From the NCBI GenBank assembly GCA_963705255.1, contig OY970061.1, positions 1,312,001 to 1,376,000 of the forward strand: a stretch of 64,000 nt of DNA, read 5' to 3'. The DNA is from an uncultured Methanoregulaceae archaeon (GTDB taxonomy: Archaea; Halobacteriota; Methanomicrobia; Methanomicrobiales; Methanospirillaceae). Both the position numbers and the translations under genes were made by a program. Shown in pieces: positions 31,304-41,527 of this stretch. Numbering within the stretch: position 1 is the stretch's first letter; the number at the start of each line of letters is the position of its first letter. The notes beneath the pieces are model-generated. The model made no database searches. It was not told the origin of the DNA and was given only the letters and a program-made list of their open reading frames with translations.

Positions 31304-32209
31304 ATGAGCGATGATTCGATTAAAAAACAACGATTGCCGTATTTCAGGGTGATCACCAGCCTTGCCGTAATTATTGTTCTTTCTGTTCTCGTCTTCTTCG
31401 TCTCGGCACGGCTGAACCTTGCCGAGAACCTTGTCGCCACCCTCTCGGGTTTCGAGTCCTTCCAGCTGGACGAACTCCTCGTGGTCAGCATCTTTCTCGT
31501 CTTCGCCCTTGCCGTCTTCGCGATCCAGCTCTGGCATATCCTTGCTGCAGGGACGAGGAAGCACGGGCGCCTCGAGAGGGCACTGAACCATACCAACGCG
31601 AAACTCACCTTCCTCAACAGTGTGACGCGGCAGGACATTCTCGATGAGCTGACCGAGCTCTCCGGTGATCTGGAGCACGCCGAGAAGACCCCCAATATCC
31701 TGAAGATCCAGGCCGCGATAACCCGGATCCACCGCCAGATCAAGTTCATCAAGGAATATCAGGACATCGGTGTCAGCCCGCCGGAATGGCAGAACGTTGT
31801 GGACACCATCATGCGGGCACGGGTTGGCGTGCAGCTCGGGAAGGTCACTGTCGAGGTCGAGATCCAGAATGTGGAGATCTATGCCGACCGGCTCCTCGAA
31901 AAAGCGTTCTATTACATGATCGACAACGCCCTGAAGCATGGCGGCGAGAAGCTAACGAAGATACGGTTCTACGATCGCAAGTCAGAGGACAAGTTCGTCA
32001 TCGTCTGCGAGGATGACGGAGCCGGTATCCCCGCTGACAAGAAAGGAGCCCTCTTCCCTGCCGAGTACGGGCGGCATGTCGGTTACGGCCTCTTCTTCAT
32101 CAAGCAGATCCTGTATACCACGGATATCATCATCAAGGAGACCAGCCTGCCCGGGAAAGGGGCACGGTTCGAGATCCATGTCCCAAAAGGGGAATACCGT
32201 CGCATCTGA
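31304..32209 (+). CDS. membrane sensor histidine kinase-like protein (H-box His replaced by Gln)
   Basis: Two TMs, TRQDILDEL, IDNALKHG, EDDGAG, GYGLFF. Confidence 0.85.
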   Translation: MSDDSIKKQRLPYFRVITSLAVIIVLSVLVFFVSARLNLAENLVATLSGFESFQLDELLVVSIFLVFALAVFAIQLWHILAAGTRKHGRLERALNHTNAKLTFLNSVTRQDILDELTELSGDLEHAEKTPNILKIQAAITRIHRQIKFIKEYQDIGVSPPEWQNVVDTIMRARVGVQLGKVTVEVEIQNVEIYADRLLEKAFYYMIDNALKHGGEKLTKIRFYDRKSEDKFVIVCEDDGAGIPADKKGALFPAEYGRHVGYGLFFIKQILYTTDIIIKETSLPGKGARFEIHVPKGEYRRI

Positions 32210-32319
32210 CGGACGATAAAAAATCTTTTTTCCAAACCGGAGACGGGTTCACGACCAGATCCGAAAGATACGTCCGGCTGCCAGCTGCCACCCCCGCATT
32301 CGCGGTGCAGGGAATTTCA

Positions 32320-32991
32320 TCAGAGCAACTCGCTCAGCCGGTGGCCGCCGCTGCTCCCGCACCGCTCCCGGTACTTGCAGCGGTTGCAGGGAGCGTTGAG
32401 CGGGCGCCCGGGGATCTCCCCGTTATGGATGGACCGGATCCTGTTCAGGGTAGCGATCACCTGCCGCCGGTCGCGGGACTGGACCGCGTGGTACCGCGAG
32501 ACCCCGTCCGGGATGTATTCCACGCATCCGCCCTCGACAATCCTGCCGGTCATCTCCTCGAGGCAGAGCGCGAGCGCCGCAACCCGCAGCCGGTCGGCCG
32601 CGTAGGTCCCGAACGGCATGGCACCGGCGGCCCGGACGATGGAAAAAGCCCCGTCCTGGGTTATACGGTCGATCATCCCGACGATTCCGTGCTTTGCTGA
32701 CACTACCTTCACATCGCATTCCCGCGCAGGTTTCCATTCGGACTTAGTGCACGAGGCGATACAGAAGGCGAGGAATTCGCGGAGAGCCGGATCAACGGTC
32801 GGGCGGACAGCGAAAACTTCGCCCCAGATCGCCTCCGGGTCGAGCGGGTTCCCGAGGTGGTACGAGAGCTGCTTGCAGACCGCGTACCGGTCGGACTCCG
32901 CGAGCGGGTCGTTGCGTTCATAATAATAGCGGACCGGGCAGGCGTGAACCCGCACCAGGTCCGAGACCGTCACATGTTCCCCATGGGACAT
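32320..32991 (-). CDS. solo Cas4/Dna2-like Fe-S protein
   Basis: N-terminal CPVRYYY and C-terminal CNRCKYRERC; no CRISPR array or other cas genes nearby. Confidence 0.75.
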   Translation of the reverse strand: MSHGEHVTVSDLVRVHACPVRYYYERNDPLAESDRYAVCKQLSYHLGNPLDPEAIWGEVFAVRPTVDPALREFLAFCIASCTKSEWKPARECDVKVVSAKHGIVGMIDRITQDGAFSIVRAAGAMPFGTYAADRLRVAALALCLEEMTGRIVEGGCVEYIPDGVSRYHAVQSRDRRQVIATLNRIRSIHNGEIPGRPLNAPCNRCKYRERCGSSGGHRLSELL

Positions 32992-33201
32992 CGGGATGAT
33001 TCCTCATCCAATCTGGGAAGCGATTCGGGTTATAGTTTTGCTGAACCGAGTGGTTCGTCAGAACCACGAGGTCGAGAAGCCATCAGGCTTCGAGCGCCGG
33101 ATGGTCTGTTACAACCGCGAGACTCCCCGGGCAGGATCGGATGCCCTTCCCGCGCCCCCAAATATCAACTGTTATCTCGCAGCAGGGCATACCTGATCTC
33201 C

Positions 33202-33495
33202 ATGGCACAACAGGAAATCTCGGTCAATATCCCGCCCACCCTCGACCCGGTCTACAGCAACATGATCCAGATCGCGTACAAAGATGACGAGTTCACGTTC
33301 ATGTTCCTCCACCAGCTCCCGCAGGTGAACCAGGCGCGGGCAAAAGCCATCGTCTCGATCACGCCGTCACATGCCAAGAACCTTCTCGGGGTGCTCACCA
33401 AGACAGTAGCAGACTACGAGGCCAAGTTCGGGACCATCTCCCCGAAGGAGAATGCCGGGAAGGAGAACGTCACTGCGCTGAGCGGGTATTCGTAA
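33202..33495 (+). CDS. DUF3467 family protein
   Basis: VYSN...EFTFMF...I.ITPSHAK.L...L......YEAKFGTI. Confidence 0.85.
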   Translation: MAQQEISVNIPPTLDPVYSNMIQIAYKDDEFTFMFLHQLPQVNQARAKAIVSITPSHAKNLLGVLTKTVADYEAKFGTISPKENAGKENVTALSGYS

Positions 33496-33614
33496 TCCGG
33501 CAGGGAGAACAAAAGAGATTTTTATCAGGTACGTAGGGTATCGCCCCGGCTCCCCCACCGTTTTCCGATACACATATTTTATTAGCGCAGACACCCGATA
33601 TTGTGAGGTATCGC

Positions 33615-33686
33615 GCCGCCGTGGCTTAGCGGTATAGCGGCTGATTCGTAATCAGCAGGTCGGGGGTTCAAGTCCCCCCGGCGGCT
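33615..33686 (+). tRNA. tRNA-Thr(CGT)
   Basis: GCCGCCG/CGGCGGC acceptor, GCTGA-TTCGTAA-TCAGC, GGGGG-TTCAAGT-CCCCC. Confidence 0.96.
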
Positions 33687-33789
33687 TCTCTTCTTCTGTT
33701 CAGCTGACAGAAAATATCCTGAGTTGCGCATGTACCCCGGCCGTCACCCTTCGTTATGGTCATCCGGCTCGTGGAGGCACCGGATTGCA

Positions 33790-34827
33790 TCACGAGTACT
33801 TCCGCTCCGATTCGTCCCTCACCGTGCTCATGACCGCGGACATCCCGAAGTACTCGGTCATGCGGCTGCTGACCTCGACTGTTACCGTCGTGCCGTCCTT
33901 CTTCTTCTGGACCGCGTCAAAGAGCAGGTGGCCCCGGGAGAGGAGGACCTGCACCTTTTCCGGCGTCAGCAGGGTTTCGGGGTGCGTGTCCAGGTCGTGG
34001 AGCCTCATCTGCATGAACTCCTTCTTCGTGTAGCCGAGGTACCGGCTGGCGATCACGTTCGTCTCGAAGATCTTGCCGTCGAGGTCATGGAGGAAGATCG
34101 CATCGCTCGCCCCATCAAAGAGCGTGCGGTAGCGGAGCTCGGACTCGATGAGTTCGTCCTTGATCCGTTTCCTTTCCGTGATATCAGCGATCGAACAGTT
34201 GGCCATCCCGTCCTGTATCAGGGATGCCGTAGCAAGCACCCAGATCACGGCCCGGTCCTTCTTTCGCAGGGCGATCTCTGTATCGGCGATCTTCCCGTCC
34301 TGCCGTAATTTTTTCATGAACCTGTTCTCCTGGTCCGCGTCAAACCAGAGCGCCGAGATTTCCAGGTCCTTCATCTCTTCCGGAGAATAGCCGAGAATGC
34401 CAGCAGCCCGTGCATTGGACTCCCGGATCCGCGATGTCTCGGGGCTGAAGGTGAAGATACCGGCCTGCGAGTTCTCAACGATATCCCGGTATTTCTTCTC
34501 CTGCACAAGCTGGCTGGAGAAGGCGGAGATCACGATGCCGAGCGAGACGAAGACGTAAAAGAAGGCGATGCTCGATCCGTAGAGCTGGATGTCTGGCGAC
34601 CCGTACAGGTAGACGATGCCGAGGAATATCCAGCCGAGGAGGACCGTGAAATAGACAGCGTACCGCGGGGAGAAATACGCGATCAGGAAGATGGGAAGGA
34701 TATAGAAATACGGGAAGATACTGTAATAGCCGTTCTTTAAGGAGAAGATGGAGACGAGAATAATCCCCAGCGTAAGCAGTGCCGTGATGGAAAGCCAGAA
34801 TGTGGTCTGCGATGATATGGTCTTCAT
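33790..34827 (-). CDS. membrane protein with two PAS domains, no output domain
   Basis: Four N-terminal TMs; KYRDIVENSQAGI...DITERK; RYRTLFDGASDAI...RDESERK. Confidence 0.82.
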   Translation of the reverse strand: MKTISSQTTFWLSITALLTLGIILVSIFSLKNGYYSIFPYFYILPIFLIAYFSPRYAVYFTVLLGWIFLGIVYLYGSPDIQLYGSSIAFFYVFVSLGIVISAFSSQLVQEKKYRDIVENSQAGIFTFSPETSRIRESNARAAGILGYSPEEMKDLEISALWFDADQENRFMKKLRQDGKIADTEIALRKKDRAVIWVLATASLIQDGMANCSIADITERKRIKDELIESELRYRTLFDGASDAIFLHDLDGKIFETNVIASRYLGYTKKEFMQMRLHDLDTHPETLLTPEKVQVLLSRGHLLFDAVQKKKDGTTVTVEVSSRMTEYFGMSAVMSTVRDESERKYS

Positions 34828-34935
34828 GTCCTGATCAGCTCGTGCTTCCTGATGCGTTGTTGAACATGGTTCCGGAGATTTATTAAATATTGTTTTGAGA
34901 CTGCGATATCTTTTTCTGGATCCGGCATTTCGGGT

Positions 34936-35592
34936 TCATGACTGCCGTTTCCGGTCAGCGTCCCCCGCCCGTTTCCTCCCCTCGATGAGGGACGCAAGCC
35001 TGCGGGCTGCCGCGGTGATATCCGGCTGGGCCACCACCGCGGAGATCACGGCAACCCCGTCGGCGCCGGCATCAATTACGTCACAGACATTCTCCGGGCC
35101 GATGCCCCCGATAGCCAGAACGGGGACCGTTACATTCATGCGGATCTCCCTGATCAGGGCGGGGGCGAGCCCGGGCCCCGCGTCATATTTCGAACCCGTG
35201 GAAAAGACCGGGCTGATGACCACATAGTCCGCCCCTTCCTCTTCGGCTGAGACTGCCTCCTCAACGCTCCTGACCGAGACCCCGATGACGAACCCGGGCG
35301 GGGCGATCTGCCGTGCGACACCGGGCCGGAGATCCCCCTGGCCGAGGTGGACACCGTCTGCCCCGCAGGCAAGGGCGACATCAAGCCGGTCGTTTACGAT
35401 GAACCCGGTACCAGCAGGGCCGGTTACGGAAAGGATCCGCCTCCCGATACGGACGAGGTCCCGGCAGCTGAGGGACTTGTCCCGGAGCTGGATAACATCG
35501 GCACCCCCACGGACTGCCCGTTCCGCGATGACCTCGTGCGGGAGTCCGCCGGACAGGGCCTCGTCCGTGATCACGTACAGCTCGTATTTCAT
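34936..35592 (-). CDS. thiE: thiamine-phosphate synthase
   Basis: LYVITD, IQLRDK, VNDRLDVA, GVHLGQ.D, AIGGI. Confidence 0.95.
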   Translation of the reverse strand: MKYELYVITDEALSGGLPHEVIAERAVRGGADVIQLRDKSLSCRDLVRIGRRILSVTGPAGTGFIVNDRLDVALACGADGVHLGQGDLRPGVARQIAPPGFVIGVSVRSVEEAVSAEEEGADYVVISPVFSTGSKYDAGPGLAPALIREIRMNVTVPVLAIGGIGPENVCDVIDAGADGVAVISAVVAQPDITAAARRLASLIEGRKRAGDADRKRQS

Positions 35593-35601
35593 AAAGGGGA
35601 C

Positions 35602-36402
35602 TCAGGGTGACCGGATGCGTGTACAGGACGAGAGGTCCGCGGGGACGAGGGCTGCAAGCTCGTCGAAGAGGGCCTGCTTGAACGAACCGGGCCCGCAGGA
35701 TGCGGCAGCCGCCCGTTCCCCGGCAATACCGAACGCGGCGAAAGCGGCAACTGACGCGGCGAGAGTGTCACGGGATACAGCGGCAAATGTCCCGGTCACG
35801 GACGCTGCCATGCAGCCGGTACCTGAGATTCTGCCCATCATCGGGTGGCCGTTGTCCACGAGGATGACACGCCGCCCGTTGGTCACGATATCGGTGGCCC
35901 CGCTCACTGCTACCGTAATCCCAAGGGACCTGGCCAAGTCTTTGGCAACGGCGACCGGATCGCCCTCGAGGCCGTGGGAGTCGACCCCCCTGACCCTCCC
36001 TTCCGCCCCCGCGATAACACCGATCTCGCCGGCATTGCCTTTGAGGACCGCGACCTCCAGTTCGTCGAGCAGGCGCCGGGCGCACGCTGTCCTCATCCGG
36101 GTGGCGCCGGCCCCGACCGGGTCGAGGATGACCGGGATCTCCCGCTCGTTTGCCATCCGGCCGGCAAGGAGCATGGACCCGATCTGGGCCGTGTTGAGGG
36201 TCCCGATATTCAGGACGAGCGCCCCTGCGACAGCCGCCATCTCCTCCACCTCTTCCGGTGCATCGGCCATGACCGGGGCACCGCCAGCGCAGAGCGTGAT
36301 ATTGGCGCAGTCATTCACAGTCACGTAGTTGGTGATATGGTGCACGAGAGGCCGTCTCTCACGAACAAGGGCGAAGATATCGGCGAGGTGTTTTGGTTTC
36401 AT
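35602..36402 (-). CDS. thiM: hydroxyethylthiazole kinase
   Basis: [36 protein letters not shown]. Confidence 0.96.
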   Translation of the reverse strand: MKPKHLADIFALVRERRPLVHHITNYVTVNDCANITLCAGGAPVMADAPEEVEEMAAVAGALVLNIGTLNTAQIGSMLLAGRMANEREIPVILDPVGAGATRMRTACARRLLDELEVAVLKGNAGEIGVIAGAEGRVRGVDSHGLEGDPVAVAKDLARSLGITVAVSGATDIVTNGRRVILVDNGHPMMGRISGTGCMAASVTGTFAAVSRDTLAASVAAFAAFGIAGERAAAASCGPGSFKQALFDELAALVPADLSSCTRIRSP

Positions 36403-36536
36403 GGAAGGTCACTCAAAGACCGGGAGCAGGACTGCCCCCTTGTGGTACCAGAACTATATCGGTCTGTTCCTATAAATCATGATAATAACGTCTCTGCCCG
36501 GAGGGGGCAACGGTAGTGAAAAGGACTGAACGGGGA

Positions 36537-39176
36537 CTACCTGACGATCTCTTCCATGGTCGCAAGGAATAGGTCCGCCTCCTCGGCCGTGTTGTACGGC
36601 CCGAGGCTGACCCTGACCGTCCCGTCCGGGAGGCCGAGCCGCTCCATCAGGGGGATGCAGCAGTGGTGCCCGGACCTCACCATGATATCGGCCGTCTCGT
36701 CAAGGCGCTGGGCCACCTCGTGCGGATGGAACCCGTCGACAACAAAGGAGATGACCCCGACCCGGCGGTCCGCCGGTTCTGTGATATAGAGATGAACCCG
36801 GGAGATCCCGCGGAGACCTTCAATGATCCGGGTGGCCAGGGCCTGCTCATGCCTCCGGATCTTGTCCATCCCGATCGCCTGGAGGTAATCCACCGCTACC
36901 CCGAGGCCGATCCCCCCGGCAATGTTGCCGGTCCCGGCTTCATACCGCTGGTACCCTTCGGACAGCACGAACTCCCTGCCTTTCACCGTCTCGACCCCGC
37001 CCCCGCCGAGCAGCAGGGGTTCGATGAGCGGTTCCTTCATCCAGAGGACGCCGGTACCGGTCGGGCCGAGCATCTTGTGGCCGGAGAATGCGCAGAAATC
37101 GCAGCCGATCCCGGATACATCGACCGGCATGTGCGGGACGGTCTGGGCCATATCGGCAAGCAGGAGAACTCCGTGGTCCCGGCAGATCTTCGCAATTTCG
37201 GCAAGGGGGGTTATCACGCCCAGCACGTTGGACGCGTGGGTAACGGCAGCGAGTTTTGTCGCCGGGGTGATGGCTGCTTCGAATTCGGACAGGTCGATGG
37301 AGTAGTCGTCTCGTATCCCCACGACATCGACACCCACTCCCCGTTTGGCAAGGTTATACCATGGCAGGAGGTTCGAGTGGTGCTCAAGGATGGTGGTGAC
37401 CACCCGGTCTCCCGCTTTCCAGGGAAGGCCGTAGGCGACCATGTTGATCGACTCGGTGGTGTTTTTCGTAAAGACCGTAACCCCGCTCTTTCCCCCGATG
37501 AACCCGGCAACCTTCTCGTGGGCATGCCAGTAGCGCTGCGATGCGATCTGGGTGAGGCGGTGGACGCCGCGCCCGACATTTGCCCGGTAGTTGTGTTCGA
37601 ACTCCACGAGCGACTGTATCACGGGCTCAGGGGAGAGGCTGGTGGCTGCATTGTCAAAATAGACGATCTCGGAAACGAGCGGGAAGTCTTTCCGGATTTC
37701 CTGTACGGCATAGTCCTGCCCGGACTGCTCTGTCATCTTCCTGTCCATTCTTCTCTCTCCTGAAATATCAACCATTTCATGCTTCTTTTCTCCCTGCGGC
37801 ACTCCGCGGAGGGTATAGTCGTCGTTGACCGCGACGCCTTTTCTGGCGCAGAGCTCCCGCATCTTGGGGGGAAGGGCCTTCCACCGCCAGAGCCCCCAGC
37901 GACAGTAGGCTTCCGGGAAGCTCTTCTTCTCCGCCCATCTTTCGACAAATGCATCCCAGCGGCGGGCAAACTCCGGGTGCATGACCCGCAGCATCTCGTA
38001 CTCGCTCTCGAGCATGGCAGGGCAGAGGAAACACCCGATTCGTTCGATCCCCTGTTCGTAGAGCGGGTTCATCTCCGCCTTCTGCCACCAGAGGTACAGG
38101 AATACTTCGAGGGCCCGCCAGTTCCGGATCGGCGAGATGTTGAGCTGCAGCGGGTTGTCGGGGTTCTGGCTCGCCTCCTCGAGGCCGGCCCGGTTCCATG
38201 ACTCGTACCAGCGGTTCCCCTGCACGGTGGCACAAGGACCGATCTCCGCGAGGTAGAGCTTGAGGGGGCGGAGCTTCTGGAACTTGCAGCACCAGCGGTT
38301 GTCCTTTCCCGGCGGTCCCGCCTTCTCCACGGCCTGCCAGAAGTCACCGCCCTTTTCGATAACCTCCACTCCCTGCGATCGGACAAATTCCAGCGTTTCG
38401 GGGAACTCCAGAGTGGTATCTATGAAAAATGCTTTGGTGACTCCGGCTTTCCGGGCGAGGTGGAGGACCGCGGTGCTGTCCTTGCCACCGGAGAACGAGA
38501 CGTTGACCGTAGGGCGGTCGCTCATGTGCTGCCGGATGGTCCGGATGGCATTCCGTTCCAGGTTTTTTAAGTGGTAGCGGTTCTTCTCAATGACCTCATC
38601 CCAGCCGGGATCCGGCAGGGTGCGGGTGACAACAGGGTTGAGCTCCCTGACCTTGACGGTCCGGTCCCTCACCATGCCTGTCCCGTACCGGTTTTTATAT
38701 TTCACGACCACTGACCCGTCCGGAAGAGAGGCTTTGAGCGGGATCCGTTTTCCCCCGACCCGGCCCGGTTCCCTCCGTATGTCGGTACAGAGGTCGAGGT
38801 CCACGATCCCCTTCGTGACATGCGGGAGGATGAACGGGAGTGCTTCCGCTGCAACATCAAGGCTGAACTTCCGCGCAACCGGATCGAAGGTGAGCCGCCC
38901 GAACGGTTCGCCGTTCATGATCACGAGGTCTGCACGGTCGGTCCCGCCGGTCTTGTTCAGGAGGATGACCCGTGAGAGCGGCACGTCACCGAACTGCTCC
39001 TGCACGAGGTCCCGGATCAGGGCGCTGTCCGCGGAAAGGGCCGGGCGGAGATCATAGGGCTGCAGGAGCTCGATCTTCTTTCCCACGTTCCCGCACGCAC
39101 AGCTCTTTGCGATCAGGGGGACATTGCAGTGTTCACACCAGTAGAGGATCTTTTTTACCGGCGGCTCGCGCATCAC
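36537..39176 (-). CDS. fusion of PAPS-reductase-family domain and SufS-type cysteine desulfurase
   Basis: N-terminal Zn ribbon; SFSGGKDS, RWCCK..KL.P, RIGCFLCP; then YFDNAATS, SGHKMLGPTG, RSGHHC in one 879-aa ORF. Confidence 0.9.
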   Translation of the reverse strand: MMREPPVKKILYWCEHCNVPLIAKSCACGNVGKKIELLQPYDLRPALSADSALIRDLVQEQFGDVPLSRVILLNKTGGTDRADLVIMNGEPFGRLTFDPVARKFSLDVAAEALPFILPHVTKGIVDLDLCTDIRREPGRVGGKRIPLKASLPDGSVVVKYKNRYGTGMVRDRTVKVRELNPVVTRTLPDPGWDEVIEKNRYHLKNLERNAIRTIRQHMSDRPTVNVSFSGGKDSTAVLHLARKAGVTKAFFIDTTLEFPETLEFVRSQGVEVIEKGGDFWQAVEKAGPPGKDNRWCCKFQKLRPLKLYLAEIGPCATVQGNRWYESWNRAGLEEASQNPDNPLQLNISPIRNWRALEVFLYLWWQKAEMNPLYEQGIERIGCFLCPAMLESEYEMLRVMHPEFARRWDAFVERWAEKKSFPEAYCRWGLWRWKALPPKMRELCARKGVAVNDDYTLRGVPQGEKKHEMVDISGERRMDRKMTEQSGQDYAVQEIRKDFPLVSEIVYFDNAATSLSPEPVIQSLVEFEHNYRANVGRGVHRLTQIASQRYWHAHEKVAGFIGGKSGVTVFTKNTTESINMVAYGLPWKAGDRVVTTILEHHSNLLPWYNLAKRGVGVDVVGIRDDYSIDLSEFEAAITPATKLAAVTHASNVLGVITPLAEIAKICRDHGVLLLADMAQTVPHMPVDVSGIGCDFCAFSGHKMLGPTGTGVLWMKEPLIEPLLLGGGGVETVKGREFVLSEGYQRYEAGTGNIAGGIGLGVAVDYLQAIGMDKIRRHEQALATRIIEGLRGISRVHLYITEPADRRVGVISFVVDGFHPHEVAQRLDETADIMVRSGHHCCIPLMERLGLPDGTVRVSLGPYNTAEEADLFLATMEEIVR

Positions 39177-39398
39177 ACAGACAGATGGATCTGATCAGGA
39201 GATAAGAGAAGCGATCGGGGGAAGTATGCGGGTGACCGCAAGGGGTGTAAACATCTTTTGTAAAACCTCACCGTTGCGGGCACGGGCCTGTTGCTCCCGG
39301 GAAATACAGGCGGTTCCTGCTGCCGGGAGAAAAGGACGGTTGTATCAACAGCAAAGTATATACGAATGCAATCCTGACGGAAAGATGGTGAAGGTACC

Positions 39399-39803
39399 AT
39401 GGTGAAGCTAACCGCAGAACTGAAAGAGGCAATCTCCAAGATGAAAGTTTTCCCCGTCGCGACCGCGACCAAGGACGGGACGCCGAACGTGATCCCTATA
39501 GCTGTCGTCGAGCTCGTGGACGACGAGACCCTCTGGATCACCGACAATTTCATGAACAAGACCCTCTCGAACTTACGGACCAACCCCAAGATCGCCCTGT
39601 ATGTCTGGGGGCCCGAGATCAAGGGGTGCTTCCAGATCAAGGGAGTGGCATCCATCAGGACAAGCGGGCCGGACTATGAATCGATGAAGGACAAGATCAA
39701 CAAGAAGAACCCGGCCCTGCCCGCCCGCTCGCTGGTCATCGTGAAGATCACGGAAGTCTTCGAGTGCAAGCCCGGCCCGACTGCCGGAGCAAAAATTCTC
39801 TGA
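39399..39803 (+). CDS. pyridoxamine 5'-phosphate oxidase-like FMN-binding protein
   Basis: VATATKDGTPNV, DNFMNKT..NL..NPKI, FQIKG. Confidence 0.9.
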   Translation: MVKLTAELKEAISKMKVFPVATATKDGTPNVIPIAVVELVDDETLWITDNFMNKTLSNLRTNPKIALYVWGPEIKGCFQIKGVASIRTSGPDYESMKDKINKKNPALPARSLVIVKITEVFECKPGPTAGAKIL

Positions 39804-40035
39804 CCGGATTTACCCGGTGCCGGGATCCGGCAGCAGTTTCAGGTTACCGGGCGGTTTCTTCCCGGTCCTGCTGCCGGAGGACAGGTCTTCATTTCCATTT
39901 TTTGATACCGGCATTAACGGCGGTCACGTGAGGTGCGGTCCTGCCATTGCCGGGATACGAACTGCGACTCGTTGCGTGAAGTTCCGACCATAAACCTGAA
40001 AATCCCGCAGGACGCATATCTCCCGGAGAGACCCC

Positions 40036-40758
40036 ATGGAACCTGACGGCCGGATCAAAACCCTTGCGGAATCGCTTGGTGCGGATTACTACGGGATTGC
40101 CGACCTGACCGACGCGCATGACGTTATCCTGATGCAGGGCGGCAGCCGGGTGGCACACTACCCCCGTGCCGTGGCCATGGGTGTCAGGCTTCTGGACACC
40201 CTCGTCGATCTCCTTCCCGATCGGAACGACGACGCCGGTGCGATGCTGTACCGTCACCACGCCTATGATGTGGTCAACCAGGCCCTCGACCAGATGGCAC
40301 TTCAGGTCGCAAACGCCATCCAGCGGGAAGGGTTCCGGGCCTTCCCTGTCCCGGCTTCGAAACGGACAAGCGACGAACAGATTGCCGGCATATTCTCCCA
40401 GAAACTCGCTGCAAACCTGGCCGGACTCGGGTGGATCGGGAAGAGCTGCCTGCTCGTGACTCCTGACCATGGCCCGAGGGTCCGCTGGGTCTCGGTCCTC
40501 ACCGATGCCCCGCTGGCGCCCTCCGGACTGCCCATGGAACCCCGGTGCGGAAGATGCACTGCCTGCGTGGATATCTGCCCGGTACATGCATTCACTGGCA
40601 GGCCGTTCTCCCGGGACGAACCCCGCGAAGCACGGTTCGATGCGAGGGCATGCGACCAGTACTTCAGGGAACTGGAACGATCGGGGCTCCCGCCGGTCTG
40701 CGGCCTCTGTCTCTATGTCTGTCCCTATGGGCGGACGCCGGAACAACAGGGTACATGA
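40036..40758 (+). CDS. QueG-like (epoxyqueuosine reductase-like) 2x[4Fe-4S] protein
   Basis: AGLGWIGKS.LLVTPDHGPRVR..SVLTD; CGRCTACVDICP; CGLCLYVCP. Confidence 0.85.
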   Translation: MEPDGRIKTLAESLGADYYGIADLTDAHDVILMQGGSRVAHYPRAVAMGVRLLDTLVDLLPDRNDDAGAMLYRHHAYDVVNQALDQMALQVANAIQREGFRAFPVPASKRTSDEQIAGIFSQKLAANLAGLGWIGKSCLLVTPDHGPRVRWVSVLTDAPLAPSGLPMEPRCGRCTACVDICPVHAFTGRPFSRDEPREARFDARACDQYFRELERSGLPPVCGLCLYVCPYGRTPEQQGT

Positions 40759-40874
40759 CCGGATCTCTTTTGCCCGCGAAGAAGGCAGGTATTCCTGATG
40801 CGAATGGCCGCAGGTGATCGGCAGGGAGAGGGACGGAAGAGGGCGGGAAAAGATACCGGCTCCCTTCAGGATGA

Positions 40875-41402
40875 TTACAGGGGCACCTGGTCAGGCCCCA
40901 GGAGTGTCTCCGATGTGGCAACCCACCAGTCGGCGCCATTGTTGTACTGGTGGATGGTCGAGTATCTCATGCCATCGAGTATGACAAAATTTGCCGGGTA
41001 CTGGCCCTGGTAGACGGGCGACGGGAAGATATTATAGGGTTTTAACGTCACATTGGACCCGCCCATACCCCCGGCAGCGAACCGGTATTCCATGCCGTCG
41101 GAATACCGGATCACGATTTCGACGGAACTGTACACCCCGTTCACCACCTCGATATTCCCGGGATATTCAAAGGTGTAACCCGTGCCCGGGTTGAAACCGG
41201 CACCCCGTGACTGGATGACTGCAAGTTCCGTGGGGGCTACGGTTGTGATAACCACGGGAGCAGGGAGCGGAGTGATGGGAAGGGCGGCAGGGATTGTTTC
41301 AGCCGGGTTTACCTGGCCGGGAGTGGGGGACCCGGCACACCCGGCAGCGAAGGAAAATCCGAGAATGAGAACCAAAAAAATCCAGATTTCACTTCTTTCC
41401 AT
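40875..41402 (-). CDS. putative lipoprotein
   Basis: Signal peptide ending in AAGC lipobox, Pro/Thr-rich linker. Confidence 0.7.
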   Translation of the reverse strand: MERSEIWIFLVLILGFSFAAGCAGSPTPGQVNPAETIPAALPITPLPAPVVITTVAPTELAVIQSRGAGFNPGTGYTFEYPGNIEVVNGVYSSVEIVIRYSDGMEYRFAAGGMGGSNVTLKPYNIFPSPVYQGQYPANFVILDGMRYSTIHQYNNGADWWVATSETLLGPDQVPL

Positions 41403-41527
41403 ACTTAAAATTCATCACATCGGTAATTGAATATTCCCATGATCCCACAATGATGGGCTCCGGGTACATCCGAAGGGAAACTACCAGCGTTTTATGTATC
41501 CCCGCGCACAGCAGGATACGCCCGGGA

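Noticed and set aside
36403-36536. TPP riboswitch upstream of thiM-thiE
   Set aside because: No CUGAGA or ACCUGA core motifs on the minus strand.
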